Part shown: positions 48,166 to 58,304 of the stretch, one piece after another
How positions within the stretch are numbered: the first letter of the stretch is position 1
Layout of the letters: each line of letters opens with the position of its first letter
Source: a bacterium
GTDB taxonomy: Bacteria; Electryoneota; Electryoneia; Electryoneales; Electryoneaceae
NCBI GenBank assembly: GCA_963675295.2
Contig: CAXXKJ010000002.1
Span: forward strand, 768,001 to 832,000
DNA: 64,000 bases
Direction of reading: 5' to 3'
The notes under the pieces: generated by a model
Databases searched by the model: none
Seen by the model: only the letters and a program-made list of their open reading frames with translations
What the model was told of the DNA's origin: nothing
Program-made: the position numbers and the translations under genes

Positions 48166-49419
48166 ATGAGTATCCGGTCACGTGTCTCATCCTTCCTGTC
48201 TATCCTGATTCTTCTCAGTCTAGTTGCCGGCTGCAACATTGACCAGGAACCGGTCATTGACGGGATGGGTGTGAGCAAGCACCTCGAGAAAATGCTGGCC
48301 ACCGACGATGAACGGTTGATCGACAAGTTCATGGAAGCGTCGATTGCGGCGGGCGGGGACGGCGTCCCGTACATCATCAAGGCGTGGAAGAAGAACACCG
48401 ACGTCGAATCCCGTTGCCGGTTGGCGAGCGTGATCGAGGGTGTTGGTCCGGAAGCGGCGGACATGGTACCGTACCTGCTGGAAGAACTGGACGCGATCGA
48501 TGAGCTGCGGGTTTCGTGCGCAGCGATGGCGTTGGGCGGCATCGGCCCGGCGGCGGCCCCGGCGGTGGAACGGCTGGGTGATCTGCTGCGGGCATCGGAT
48601 TACAGCACGCAGGCCAGCCTGCTGTATGCGCTTGGTGGGATCGGGGAAGCTTCCGCCTCCCAGGTGCAGTTGATCAAGGAAGCGGTGGAACGCGAGCAGA
48701 CCAGCGCGATCGCGTTGAAGGCCTTGAGCCGGATGGGCGAAGCGGGTGTGCACGCGATCGAGCCGTGGATGGAGAGTGAGTCCGCGCAACAACGGTTGTG
48801 GGCGGCGGAGGTGTTGTCCGGCATGCCACCGAAGGACGTCTCGATGGTGCTGGACCCGTTGGCGAAGCTGCTGCGGGACAAGGACCCGCGTGTCCGGATT
48901 CAAGCGGCAAAAGCGTTGGGCGGAGCGGGCTCGGACGCGTTGCCGGTGTACCAGAACATCGTGCACGCGTTGCGGGACAGCGACGAAGAGGTGCGTGAGG
49001 CGGTGGTGCAGGCGTTGATCCGCATCGGGCCGGTCGGCGGTAAGGAACTGATCAACGCGTTGACCGACAAGTACTGGTATTCACGCGAAGGCGCGGCGCG
49101 AGTGATCGGCACCTTCTCCTCGCTGGCCGAAACCGCCAAATCGAACCTGATTACGGCGTTGAACGATTCGAACGTGAAGGTACGCGTCGCGGTGATCAAC
49201 GCGCTGACGATCCTCGGCCCGTCGATTACGAATGATATGATTCTGCAGCTGCGGTCGAACCAGCTGTACCGCAAGTTCGGCGGCGCGCGGGTGCTGGGCA
49301 ATATCGGCCCACCGGCGCGTGCGGCCCTGCCCGACCTGCAGAAGCTGCTGCAGGACCGGGACGCGCTGGTCCGCAAGGAAGCCCAGGACGCCATCCTCAA
49401 GATCAGCGGCGAACGGTGA
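48166..49419 (+). CDS. HEAT-repeat lipoprotein
   Basis: LVAGC lipobox; repeated L.D.D..VR..AA.ALG.IG. Confidence 0.85.
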   Translation: MSIRSRVSSFLSILILLSLVAGCNIDQEPVIDGMGVSKHLEKMLATDDERLIDKFMEASIAAGGDGVPYIIKAWKKNTDVESRCRLASVIEGVGPEAADMVPYLLEELDAIDELRVSCAAMALGGIGPAAAPAVERLGDLLRASDYSTQASLLYALGGIGEASASQVQLIKEAVEREQTSAIALKALSRMGEAGVHAIEPWMESESAQQRLWAAEVLSGMPPKDVSMVLDPLAKLLRDKDPRVRIQAAKALGGAGSDALPVYQNIVHALRDSDEEVREAVVQALIRIGPVGGKELINALTDKYWYSREGAARVIGTFSSLAETAKSNLITALNDSNVKVRVAVINALTILGPSITNDMILQLRSNQLYRKFGGARVLGNIGPPARAALPDLQKLLQDRDALVRKEAQDAILKISGER

Positions 49420-49712
49420 TAGCCTGAGTGCATGTGCCCCTGGAGGCATAGGTATTTGGATTCACGTGTGTCTGAAGACATGTGCCCCTGATGGCTCCGC
49501 CAGCAGGGGTTTTCTGAGGTAGGCTAGCCCGCGTTGTCGCAGCCAACACGGGCAAGAGCAACGAATTGATCATCTCGACTCATTTCACACCCTCCGGAAA
49601 TCCTGAGGGTGTTTTATTTGGTGACGGTTTTAGATTGTTGTACCCCACACGTTGCTTTCCACCGTGCTGGATTGACAGATTATATCAACACTCGAAACCC
49701 GAGATCGGACGA

Positions 49713-51482
49713 ATGAAACCCATGGGCCCATCGTACAACTTCCACCGGCCAAAGCTGCTCGCGGTCAAGCTCATACTGTTTGTAATGCTGCTGCTATCAT
49801 CCTCCGCCCTCGCCCAATGGTCTTCTGAGGGTGTTCTGCTGGTAGATCGAGGTCCGTTGTCAGGGGACATGTGTCCGGACGGTCAAGGTGGACTGTGGTA
49901 TGCTCAGCTTGCTACGGATCCTGTTGTTCAGCAGGTTGTTGTCCAGCATCTCGACAGCGAGGGATACCGGTCCTTTGATTTGCAGGGGATTCCCGTGGCG
50001 CGGGATTCGACGCACTACCTGTGTGGAATTCAGCCTGGTCCGGATGGTGATTGCATTGTCATGTACTCGCGTGGCTACCTTGACAACCAGGAAGTGATCT
50101 GGGACATCTATGCGCAACGGATCACCCAGCAGGGCGAACTCTTGTGGGGTGAGTTGGGCCTGGATATCAGCACTCATAGCCACACCTACAAAATGCCGAT
50201 GAGCTTCCTCGGCCATTGGACACTTTCCGATGGCGCTGGTGGATTGTGGGGAATCTGGAGATTGGGTATTGGTAACTATGACGCCTTCGTGTGTGGTGTC
50301 AACGCCGATGGCACACTGAAGTGTCCGGACGGCGATCTCCATGTTGGATTCGCTACCAACAATCAACTACCCTGTGAGTTTGTTGACGATGGCGCGGGGG
50401 GCATGGTCGTCCTTTACGGTACAGATGCTGACGGCTACTGGGGAGTTCGGCACATTTATGCCCAGCGAATCCTTGCTGATGGATCCACGTTGTATGATGA
50501 CGCGTTGCTGGTAATGGACAAACCTCTGGGTAATGCTGATGTCTATGGCAATTGGCACGACATCTATCTTCGCCGTGATCCCCAAGGTGGGTATGTGATC
50601 ACCACACCGATCTATTGGCAGCGGCTTTCTGATGATCTCGTTCCGCAATGGGCGATCGAAGGTGTTGAGGTATATAATACCTGGGAGCCAACCTGGCACT
50701 ATCGTGGTGATCAATCCAGCCCAGTAATCCTTGCGGATCGCACTGTACAACAACTCTGCCTTGACAGCCGTCATGCGCGTCCACGCTTTGAACAACTGCT
50801 GCTTGATGGCACACGCCGTCACGGGACAGACTGGGGGCCTGCCGCAGGTGACAGTACCGTCGAACAATACTCACCGGGACCGGATTTGCTCTCTCCTGAT
50901 GGTGAATCGGTCATTTGCTATTACAAAGGCGCTATTGGTTTCGAGGATTATCAAGAATTCCTGGTTCAACGGATCACACCGGATGGTGATAATATCTGGC
51001 CCCAAATCACAGTTCTTGGTGTTGATAGTTTTTCTTACGGAGTTCAGGAGTATGCTGGTTTCTATCTCGATGATGAAAGTGTTGCATATGTAGCTGGTAG
51101 TGTTGATCCCGCACGTCTTTTCGCGTTCAAAGTCTATATTGACGATGGTTCCGTAGCTGGTGATAATGATGTAGCATCTTCGCCAGTAACCACCAGTCTC
51201 CCTTCGGATTCACCTGTCCTGATCAGCAATGCGTACCCAAATCCGTTCAACAGTAGCGTTGCGTTGACGATCTCGGTTCGCGATCCGGGTGTTTACGACC
51301 TGGCTGTTCACAACGTGCTCGGACAGACCATCCACAGTGAAGCTGTGGACAACCGCACGGCCGGTGAGTTTGTTCAGACCGTGACCCTGCCGGACGGGTG
51401 CGCGTCGGGGATCTACTTCCTCACGTTGCAGCACAGGGATGGCCGCAACCTGAGTCAGAAGAAGGTGGCGTATCTGCGGTGA
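49713..51482 (+). CDS. T9SS cargo with DG.GG / YAQRI..DG repeats
   Basis: Signal peptide (ALA/QW); SDGAGG, DDGAGG, IYAQRI repeats; YPNPFN CTD; start uncertain. Confidence 0.85.
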   Translation: MKPMGPSYNFHRPKLLAVKLILFVMLLLSSSALAQWSSEGVLLVDRGPLSGDMCPDGQGGLWYAQLATDPVVQQVVVQHLDSEGYRSFDLQGIPVARDSTHYLCGIQPGPDGDCIVMYSRGYLDNQEVIWDIYAQRITQQGELLWGELGLDISTHSHTYKMPMSFLGHWTLSDGAGGLWGIWRLGIGNYDAFVCGVNADGTLKCPDGDLHVGFATNNQLPCEFVDDGAGGMVVLYGTDADGYWGVRHIYAQRILADGSTLYDDALLVMDKPLGNADVYGNWHDIYLRRDPQGGYVITTPIYWQRLSDDLVPQWAIEGVEVYNTWEPTWHYRGDQSSPVILADRTVQQLCLDSRHARPRFEQLLLDGTRRHGTDWGPAAGDSTVEQYSPGPDLLSPDGESVICYYKGAIGFEDYQEFLVQRITPDGDNIWPQITVLGVDSFSYGVQEYAGFYLDDESVAYVAGSVDPARLFAFKVYIDDGSVAGDNDVASSPVTTSLPSDSPVLISNAYPNPFNSSVALTISVRDPGVYDLAVHNVLGQTIHSEAVDNRTAGEFVQTVTLPDGCASGIYFLTLQHRDGRNLSQKKVAYLR

Positions 51483-51529
51483 TTGGCCCACATAAAGAAC
51501 TTGTTGCGTTGGCGCTTGATGATAAACCA

Positions 51530-51585
51530 GGGACAGACGGTAGAATTTGTGTGAATTATGTAACGTAAAAACCACCGTCTGTCCC
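51530..51585. repeat. 12-bp inverted repeat around a 32-bp AT-rich core
   Basis: GGGACAGACGGT ... ACCGTCTGTCCC. Confidence 0.65.
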
Positions 51586-51705
51586 CGATTAAATGCGAGA
51601 CAAGCCTTGTCACCCATCTCACGTCCATGTCCGGTGGAGGCTGGCGCGGGCAGAGGTTTCCTGCCTACGTTCCGGAGCCCGTAACCCCACGTGAGAAAGT
51701 CCGAG

Positions 51706-53346
51706 ATGGCGCACGACGATCGAAGTTCCGCAAGCAGACGTCCCTCCTTTTTGTTGATGCTCGCCGCAGTGCTGGTGGCGTTCGTGGCTGGCCTGGTGGT
51801 CAGCGACGGCCCGGAAGCGGTCGGCATCCCCACCGGTTCGACCAGTCCCGAGCGCAAGTTCCGTGACGTAATCCGTCTGGTTGACCACGCTTACGTCGAT
51901 GAACCAAACGATTCGCTGATGTACGAGGGCGCGATTGTTGGATTGCTCGAGCAGCTCGATCCGCACTCGGTTTACATCCCGCCGAAGGAGCAGGAGGCGG
52001 TGGATGAGACGATGCAGGGCGAATTCAGCGGGATCGGCATCCAGTTTGAGATCAGGGACGGTGTGATCACGGTCGTCAGCCCGATCCCCGGCACCCCGGC
52101 GGATCGAATGGGCCTGCGTGCCGGCGACCAGATCGTGGAGATCGAGGGTGTCAGCGCGATTGGCATCTCGAACGACGATGTGCGCAAGAAATTGCGCGGG
52201 GCGGAGGGGACGCAGGTCAACATCAGCGTCCGCCGTCCGGGCAAGAGCGAGCTCATCAAGCTCACATTGACGCGTGGTAAGATCCCGATTCACTCGGTGG
52301 AAGCCTCGTTCCTGCTGGACGACGGCAAGACGGGCTACATTATGATCAGCCAGTTCACCGCCGTGACCGAGTCTGAGCTCGAGCAGGCGCTGGACGATCT
52401 CGAGCGGCAGGGGATGACGCAGCTGGTGCTCGACCTGCGCGGCAACTCCGGCGGATACCGTGTCCAGGCGCATGAGGTGGCGGACAAGTTCCTCACCGCC
52501 GACCAGGTGATCCTGACGACGAAGGGTCGTGCGGAGGGCACCAGCGACACACTCTGGTCGACCAGCAATACGCATGCGTACATGCCACTGATCGTGCTGG
52601 TGAGCAACGGGACTGCGTCCGCGAGCGAGATCGTCGCCGGCGCGATCCAGGATCTTGACCGTGGCCTGGTGCTGGGTCAGCCGACATTCGGCAAGGGGCT
52701 GGTGCAATACCCGTTCGAGCTGAATGATGGCAGCGTGGTGCGGATTACGATCAGCCGCTGGTATACGCCCACCGGGCGTTGTGTGCAGCGTCCATGGGAC
52801 GATGGCATCGGCGAGTACCTGATGGGCGCGTACCGTGACGGATCGGACATGGATTCGCTGGAAATTTCTTCGCCGGACAGCCTTGGCGAACCATTTTACA
52901 CGCGTACCGGGCGCAAGGTGTACGGCGAGCGAGGCATTCAGCCGGACGTATTAATCCATCCGGGGTTGTTGAGCGACTATGGAGCAGACCTGTTGAGTGA
53001 GCGCATTCTGTTCGACTGGTCGCAGGAGCTGGCGTCGCAGATGGGTCAGCCGACGATGCCGTTTGACGAGTTCCTCCGGAGTTGGCAGCCGACACGCGCG
53101 CAGCTGCAAGATTTATTTGCGTATGCCGCGGACAGAGACCTCGAGTATGACGCGGAAGGCTGGACTCAGGACGCGGATTATCTCGAGAACCAGATCCGTG
53201 CGGAGGTGGCGCAACGCCTGTACAATGGGCGAAATTACCTCTGGCAGGTGTTGATTAACGGGGACGCGACGGTGGACAGCGCACTGACTCGGATGGGCGA
53301 GGCGGATGCGCTTGCACGGTCGGGTTCACTCGAGGAGAGCGGTTGA
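51706..53346 (+). CDS. ctpA: S41 C-terminal processing peptidase with PDZ domain
   Basis: LDPHS.Y, F.GIGI, LDLRGN.GG, TASASEI.AG..QD, TFGKGLVQ, YTP.GR. Confidence 0.93.
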   Translation: MAHDDRSSASRRPSFLLMLAAVLVAFVAGLVVSDGPEAVGIPTGSTSPERKFRDVIRLVDHAYVDEPNDSLMYEGAIVGLLEQLDPHSVYIPPKEQEAVDETMQGEFSGIGIQFEIRDGVITVVSPIPGTPADRMGLRAGDQIVEIEGVSAIGISNDDVRKKLRGAEGTQVNISVRRPGKSELIKLTLTRGKIPIHSVEASFLLDDGKTGYIMISQFTAVTESELEQALDDLERQGMTQLVLDLRGNSGGYRVQAHEVADKFLTADQVILTTKGRAEGTSDTLWSTSNTHAYMPLIVLVSNGTASASEIVAGAIQDLDRGLVLGQPTFGKGLVQYPFELNDGSVVRITISRWYTPTGRCVQRPWDDGIGEYLMGAYRDGSDMDSLEISSPDSLGEPFYTRTGRKVYGERGIQPDVLIHPGLLSDYGADLLSERILFDWSQELASQMGQPTMPFDEFLRSWQPTRAQLQDLFAYAADRDLEYDAEGWTQDADYLENQIRAEVAQRLYNGRNYLWQVLINGDATVDSALTRMGEADALARSGSLEESG

Positions 53347-53469
53347 TTCTTTTTCCGCTTCTCGGTAAACTTAGAGACTGTACGTCACATCTTTACAAAA
53401 CACACTAAGGGGCGTTCCAAATGCTGAAGCTGGTCATGGCTCAGCACGTCCGTTACGAGGGAGGCCGGA

Positions 53470-54114
53470 ATGGTTGAGCTGTTTCTGCGAGGCGGTGACT
53501 TCATGTGGCCGATTCTCGCCGTGTTCATTATCGGTTTGATGTTCGTGATCGAGCGTTTCATCAGCCTTTCCATGTCCACGGTGAATACGAAGAAGTTCGT
53601 GGTGAAGGTGAACCAGGCTCTTCAGGAAGGTGGCCCACAGGCGGCGAAGGAAGTTTGCGAGAAGACGCGTGGTCCGATTGCTTCGGTGTTCCACGCCGGC
53701 TTGCAGCGCATGGGCATGGGCATTGACGCGGTTGAAAAGAACATCATGAACGCGGGTCAGATCGAGATGAGCTTCCTCGAGAAGAACCTCGTCTGGTTGA
53801 GCACCGTGATTGCGATTGCCCCGATGCTTGGGTTTACCGGTACGGTTTCCGGTATGGTTGGCGCGTTCGACGCGATCGCGGCGGCGAACAACATTTCGCC
53901 GTCCATCGTTGCGGATGGTATTTCGCAGGCGCTGTTGACGACGCTGTTTGGTCTGATCGTCGCGATGATCATTCAGTTCTTCAACAACTTCTTCGTGTCT
54001 CGCATCGACAAGATCGTCGGTGACATGCAGGAAGCGTCGGTCGAGTTTGTCGACACGCTTCTCGAGTACGAAGCGGCGCACCCGGAAGTCACGCGTGGTG
54101 GCACCAACGGTTAA
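53470..54114 (+). CDS. exbB: MotA/TolQ/ExbB proton channel
   Basis: APMLGFTGTV.GM..AF, GISQAL.TT..GL.VA. Confidence 0.9.
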   Translation: MVELFLRGGDFMWPILAVFIIGLMFVIERFISLSMSTVNTKKFVVKVNQALQEGGPQAAKEVCEKTRGPIASVFHAGLQRMGMGIDAVEKNIMNAGQIEMSFLEKNLVWLSTVIAIAPMLGFTGTVSGMVGAFDAIAAANNISPSIVADGISQALLTTLFGLIVAMIIQFFNNFFVSRIDKIVGDMQEASVEFVDTLLEYEAAHPEVTRGGTNG

Positions 54115-54135
54115 CCAGCCACCTCGGAGGCGAGT

Positions 54136-54561
54136 ATGGCCTTATTGAAACGGAGAATCCGCGGTGAGGATGATATCCCGACGGCATCGCTGCCGGATAT
54201 CGTGTTCATGCTGCTGATTTTCTTCCTGGTCACGACGACCATCGACATCGATATCGGCATTCCGATGCAGTTGCCGGATCGTGGCGGTGAGTTCAAGGTG
54301 AACCCGGAGAACATCAGCAACGTGCTGATTAACGCGCAGGGGCAGATCCTCATCGACGACGAGCTGACCGACATCACCCAGGTGCAGGAAGTGACGCGCA
54401 CGAAGGTGGAAACGCGTGGGCTCGATGCGGATGGCAAGCCGAAGCTGATCGTGTCGATCAAGACGGAGAAGGGGACGAAGTACGACGCCTTCATCCAGGT
54501 ATTGGACGCGGTCAAAGCTGCCGGGGCAACGAAAATCTCCATTGCCGAACCGGAAAGTTAA
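54136..54561 (+). CDS. exbD: ExbD/TolR
   Basis: IPTASLPDIVFMLLIFFLVTT. Confidence 0.9.
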   Translation: MALLKRRIRGEDDIPTASLPDIVFMLLIFFLVTTTIDIDIGIPMQLPDRGGEFKVNPENISNVLINAQGQILIDDELTDITQVQEVTRTKVETRGLDADGKPKLIVSIKTEKGTKYDAFIQVLDAVKAAGATKISIAEPES

Positions 54562-54575
54562 GGGGGAAGGTCTAG

Positions 54576-54980
54576 ATGCAGTTTGCCAAGAAAACGAAGG
54601 CAGGCGCGGACATTCCCACAGCCTCGCTGCCGGACATCATTTTCATGCTGCTGATCTTCTTCATGGTCGTGACCGTGTTCAAGGAGTTTAACGGTCTTCC
54701 GGTGCTGTTGCCGGCGGCCCGCACGACGGAGAAGCTTGAGTCCAAGCGGAACATCGCCTATTTGTGGGCGGACAAGCTTGGGCGTGTGTCGGTGGATGAC
54801 AAGATCGTGACGATGGATGACATCGAACCGATCATGGCGGAGAAGTTCGCCGGGAACCGCCGTATCATTATCAGCATGAAAATAGATAAGGACGTCGAGA
54901 TGGGTCTCGTGACGGATATTCAGGAACAGTTGCGGGATGCCTATACATTGCGTGTCAGTTATGCCACGCGGCTTAAATAA
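54576..54980 (+). CDS. exbD: ExbD/TolR (second copy)
   Basis: IPTASLPDIIFMLLIFFMV. Confidence 0.9.
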   Translation: MQFAKKTKAGADIPTASLPDIIFMLLIFFMVVTVFKEFNGLPVLLPAARTTEKLESKRNIAYLWADKLGRVSVDDKIVTMDDIEPIMAEKFAGNRRIIISMKIDKDVEMGLVTDIQEQLRDAYTLRVSYATRLK

Positions 54981-54999
54981 CTGACGGGAGGATCCGCCC

Positions 55000-55659
55000 A
55001 TGCTTTCCTACAAACAACCGGAAGCGGAAGTGCGGCTGCGCTACCCGAAGCTCGTTGAGCTCGGGCTGGTGATCTCCCTGCTGATCGTGATTGTTGTCTT
55101 TCTTGTTTCGAAACGGCTTGACAATGAAGTAACCATCAAGTTGGCGGAAGAAGTCGTCCTCGAGACAGAAGAGATCCCGATTACGAAGCAGGTGAAGCGT
55201 CCGCCTCCGCCCGCCCGTCCGACCATTCCGATCGAAGACCCGGAAGTGGACATCGAAGCGGACCTGGCGTTTGAGGACATTGACGATATCGACTGGACGA
55301 TGGATGCTCCGCCTCCGCCTCCCAGTGTGGAAGAGGAAATCGTCGAGTTCTTCCTCGTCGAGGAACCGCCGCAGATCGTCGGCGGCACTCAGGCGCTGTA
55401 CGATTACATGAAGCGTAACAACCTGTACCCGGAGATGGCGCAGAACGCGCAGATCGAAGGAGACGTGATCATCGAGTTCATCGTCGATACGAACGGCAAC
55501 CCGACGGGCGTGATTGTCAAGCAGGAACGTCCGCAGGGGCTGGGCTTCGGCGAAGCCGGTGTCAAGGCGATCTCGGCGATGAAATTCTCGCCGGGCATGC
55601 AGCGTGACCGCGCGGTTCAGGTCCGCATGCAGCAGCCGATCCGCTTCAGGTTGCAGTAA
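55000..55659 (+). CDS. tonB: Energy transducer TonB
   Basis: TM anchor, Pro-rich linker, YP..A....IEG.V...F.V, F.PG.QR. Confidence 0.9.
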   Translation: MLSYKQPEAEVRLRYPKLVELGLVISLLIVIVVFLVSKRLDNEVTIKLAEEVVLETEEIPITKQVKRPPPPARPTIPIEDPEVDIEADLAFEDIDDIDWTMDAPPPPPSVEEEIVEFFLVEEPPQIVGGTQALYDYMKRNNLYPEMAQNAQIEGDVIIEFIVDTNGNPTGVIVKQERPQGLGFGEAGVKAISAMKFSPGMQRDRAVQVRMQQPIRFRLQ

Positions 55660-55682
55660 TCGTCGTCTGATACAGGAATTAC

Positions 55683-55714
55683 AGGGCGTTCCGAGAAACC
55701 GGGACGCCTTTTTT
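55683..55714 (+). terminator. Terminator after the first tonB
   Basis: AGGGCGTTCCG/CGGGACGCCTT stem plus T run. Confidence 0.75.
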
Positions 55715-55811
55715 GTCTCTGTCTCGCTCCGGTGAATTTCAGAAAGTTGCGAGATTTGCTTGTGCTGAGCCGGATTCCCGTTCAGGTTAAAAGAGAGGGC
55801 ACGGGTAACCT

Positions 55812-56480
55812 GTGGAGGAGACAGTGGATACGAACGGGAAGCGCGGTTCGGCGAAAGAGTCCTATCCGAAAGTGGTGGAGGTCAGCGCGATCCTCGCGTT
55901 GCTGCTGGTGACGGTTGTCTTTCTGTTGTGGAAGACGGACCATCGCGAAACGGCGGCGGTTGAGCCCGAGGAAACGGTGCTGGAGGTGACGGATGTGCCG
56001 TACATCCCACCGGCGAAACGTCCGCCCGCACCGGAACGTCCCAGCCTGCCCATCGAGGATCCGGAGATGCCACTTGAGGACGATCTGACGATGATTGACA
56101 GCGACGTGTACCAGTATCCGGACTTCGACGTGGTATCAAACCTCACGTTCGACAACGAACCGGTTGACTTTTTCGCGGTGGAGAAACGGCCGGAAATGAT
56201 TGGCGGCGTGGCGGCGTTGTACCGCTACATGATGGACAACAACCTGTACCCGGATTTCGCACGCCGGAACGGGAAGAACGGGAAGGTGCTGATCCAGTTT
56301 ACGGTCGGTGAGGACGGCAAGCCGTACGATTTCGAGGTGCTTGGCGAACAGCCGCTCGGGTTCGGCTTCGCGGATTCTGCGATCGAAGCGATTTCGGCGA
56401 TGCGGTTCACTCCCGGCATGCAACGCGACCGCGCGGTCAAGGTGCGGATGCAGCAGCCGATCGAATTCCGGACGAAGTAG
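55812..56480 (+). CDS. tonB: Energy transducer TonB (paralog)
   Basis: Same architecture; NNLYP...G.V..QF.V, FTPGMQRDRAV.VRMQQPI.F. Confidence 0.88.
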   Translation: MEETVDTNGKRGSAKESYPKVVEVSAILALLLVTVVFLLWKTDHRETAAVEPEETVLEVTDVPYIPPAKRPPAPERPSLPIEDPEMPLEDDLTMIDSDVYQYPDFDVVSNLTFDNEPVDFFAVEKRPEMIGGVAALYRYMMDNNLYPDFARRNGKNGKVLIQFTVGEDGKPYDFEVLGEQPLGFGFADSAIEAISAMRFTPGMQRDRAVKVRMQQPIEFRTK

Positions 56481-56606
56481 GCGCTGAGTATACGTGAGAG
56501 CCTGTGATCATGAATCTGGCCCGTGTCGGATGTTGGCCGACACGGGCATTCTCTGTTTTCTCGCGTATATTGGCTGATATCGAATGCATCAGGAGTGAGG
56601 TGACCA

Positions 56607-58157
56607 ATGAAATGTGGATTCTGGATTTCCTGCCTGCTTGTGCTTGTGCTGACTTCTCTGTCCGCGAACGCGCAACTCGCCGAACAATGGCGCTGGAAAT
56701 ACGGCGCCACCAGCTCGAGCTACAACCACTACCACGATTTTGTCCATATCAGCCCGCACCCGGGCGGGGGCTACTATCTCGTCGATCAAGTCTATGCGGA
56801 TGACCGGTACGACTACTACGGCTACTGGCAAAGTGACTTGCTGCACGTGGAAGAGAATGCGGACCAGACGTGGCGCGTGATGGGGTCCAGGGATCTCGGG
56901 GGCGGCCAGTTGGCGGATCTGGATATCGGGTACGACGAGGGCATGCGGTCGGGGACGGTGGACCCGGTCGGGAATGGATACGGATACACGTGTTACATGG
57001 ACTACAAGTGCTACTACCCATCCGGGCAAATCCGTTATTCAGGTACCGGAAGCAATGACGGTACGATAGCGGACTGGCTGGGCGCGGTACGTATCTACCC
57101 GGATTTGAGCGTTCCCGGTGATGCCGGCTGCACATTCATCGCGTATACCCTGGATTACAATGCGGGTGATTACTATTCCCCCGCTGACATCAGACTGAAA
57201 TTGAAACGCTTCGACGGGGACGGCGAGGAGGTAGTCGCTCAAGACTGGGATCTGGGCTATGCGTGGAGCGGTGATACGGTCGCGAAGGTTGTGAATTCTG
57301 GTCTGGTCAAGTCAGCGAATCAGATCTATCTCTATGTTCGCGGCAAAAATTTTCCGTTCAGCCAGAATCAGGTGGACGCTGATTATCTCGTGATGGTCGA
57401 TGGCGACCTGAACTTCTGCTGGGCGGTTGAAACGCCGGATTTCAACCCGAATTACCAACCGCTTGGCGAAACGGTGTCGATGCAACTGACACGAGATCGT
57501 TCGCTGCTACTGCAGTCGGCTGTCGGCATTGGGAAGTACACCCCGAACGGCGAGCAGCTGTGGTTTACCAATCTCGATCAGTACGTTTCCAACGCGGTCA
57601 CGATCGACGTTCCCACGAATCCCACCATCTACTATTTCGTCGGGTATAACCCGTTGGATGACAATGCCCCGGTGCTGGGGGTGTTGTCCGAAACCGGCGA
57701 GCTGATCTATGTCCAGGAGATTCCCGGCCTGGCGGATGCGTCCAGTGTGTACGTGGACGGGCTGTATAACGTTGTCGTAGGCGGCGCGATACAGGATCAC
57801 AACCCGTACTACAATGTGTATTACGAACGTGCGATTCTGATCGGCTACGGGAATACGTCCGGTGTGCCTGGTGAGGACAGCGAAGCCGTCCGTCAGTTCA
57901 CCCTGCACCCGGTCTACCCGAACCCGTTCAACTCGACCACGACGATCTCGGTGGATGTGGCGCAGCCGTCGCTGGTAAACCTGAGCGTGTTTGACGTGCT
58001 CGGGCGTGAGGTGGCGGTGCTGCGTGAAGGCTGGACGGTATCGCCCGGCACGCACCAGGTGGCGTGGGATGCGTCGAATGTCGCCGGCGGGACGTACTTC
58101 CTCCATGCTTCTGTCGGCGACCAGCAGCGGACACAACGGCTGGTGCTGGTGAAGTAG
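56607..58157 (+). CDS. T9SS cargo, paralog of 45059-46537
   Basis: Signal peptide (ANA/Q); GIGKYTPNG..LWFT; YPNPFN CTD. Confidence 0.85.
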   Translation: MKCGFWISCLLVLVLTSLSANAQLAEQWRWKYGATSSSYNHYHDFVHISPHPGGGYYLVDQVYADDRYDYYGYWQSDLLHVEENADQTWRVMGSRDLGGGQLADLDIGYDEGMRSGTVDPVGNGYGYTCYMDYKCYYPSGQIRYSGTGSNDGTIADWLGAVRIYPDLSVPGDAGCTFIAYTLDYNAGDYYSPADIRLKLKRFDGDGEEVVAQDWDLGYAWSGDTVAKVVNSGLVKSANQIYLYVRGKNFPFSQNQVDADYLVMVDGDLNFCWAVETPDFNPNYQPLGETVSMQLTRDRSLLLQSAVGIGKYTPNGEQLWFTNLDQYVSNAVTIDVPTNPTIYYFVGYNPLDDNAPVLGVLSETGELIYVQEIPGLADASSVYVDGLYNVVVGGAIQDHNPYYNVYYERAILIGYGNTSGVPGEDSEAVRQFTLHPVYPNPFNSTTTISVDVAQPSLVNLSVFDVLGREVAVLREGWTVSPGTHQVAWDASNVAGGTYFLHASVGDQQRTQRLVLVK

Positions 58158-58194
58158 ACAGTCAGCGGTCTGCGGACGTGGTCGACGAACTGCG

Positions 58195-58266
58195 GGGTGG
58201 CGGACTGCGTGCTACGGACTGCGGGTGGCGGACTGCGTGCTACGGACTGCGGGTGGCGGACTGCGT
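58195..58266. repeat. 28-bp tandem repeat built from heptamers (~2.6 copies)
   Basis: CGGACTG-CGTGCTA-CGGACTG-CGGGTGG units. Confidence 0.85.
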
Positions 58267-58278
58267 TAAGTCTCTATC

Positions 58279-58304
58279 TTACCACGGACTTAAGTCCGTG
58301 GTAA
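58279..58304. repeat. Perfect 26-bp palindrome
   Basis: TTACCACGGACTTAAGTCCGTGGTAA. Confidence 0.85.

Noticed and set aside
49431-49490. CATGTGCCCCTG repeated at a 48-bp period (mini-CRISPR?)
   Set aside because: Only two 12-bp copies; more likely degenerate REP-like hairpins
58195-58266. CRISPR array
   Set aside because: Contiguous tandem units with no unique spacers; no cas genes
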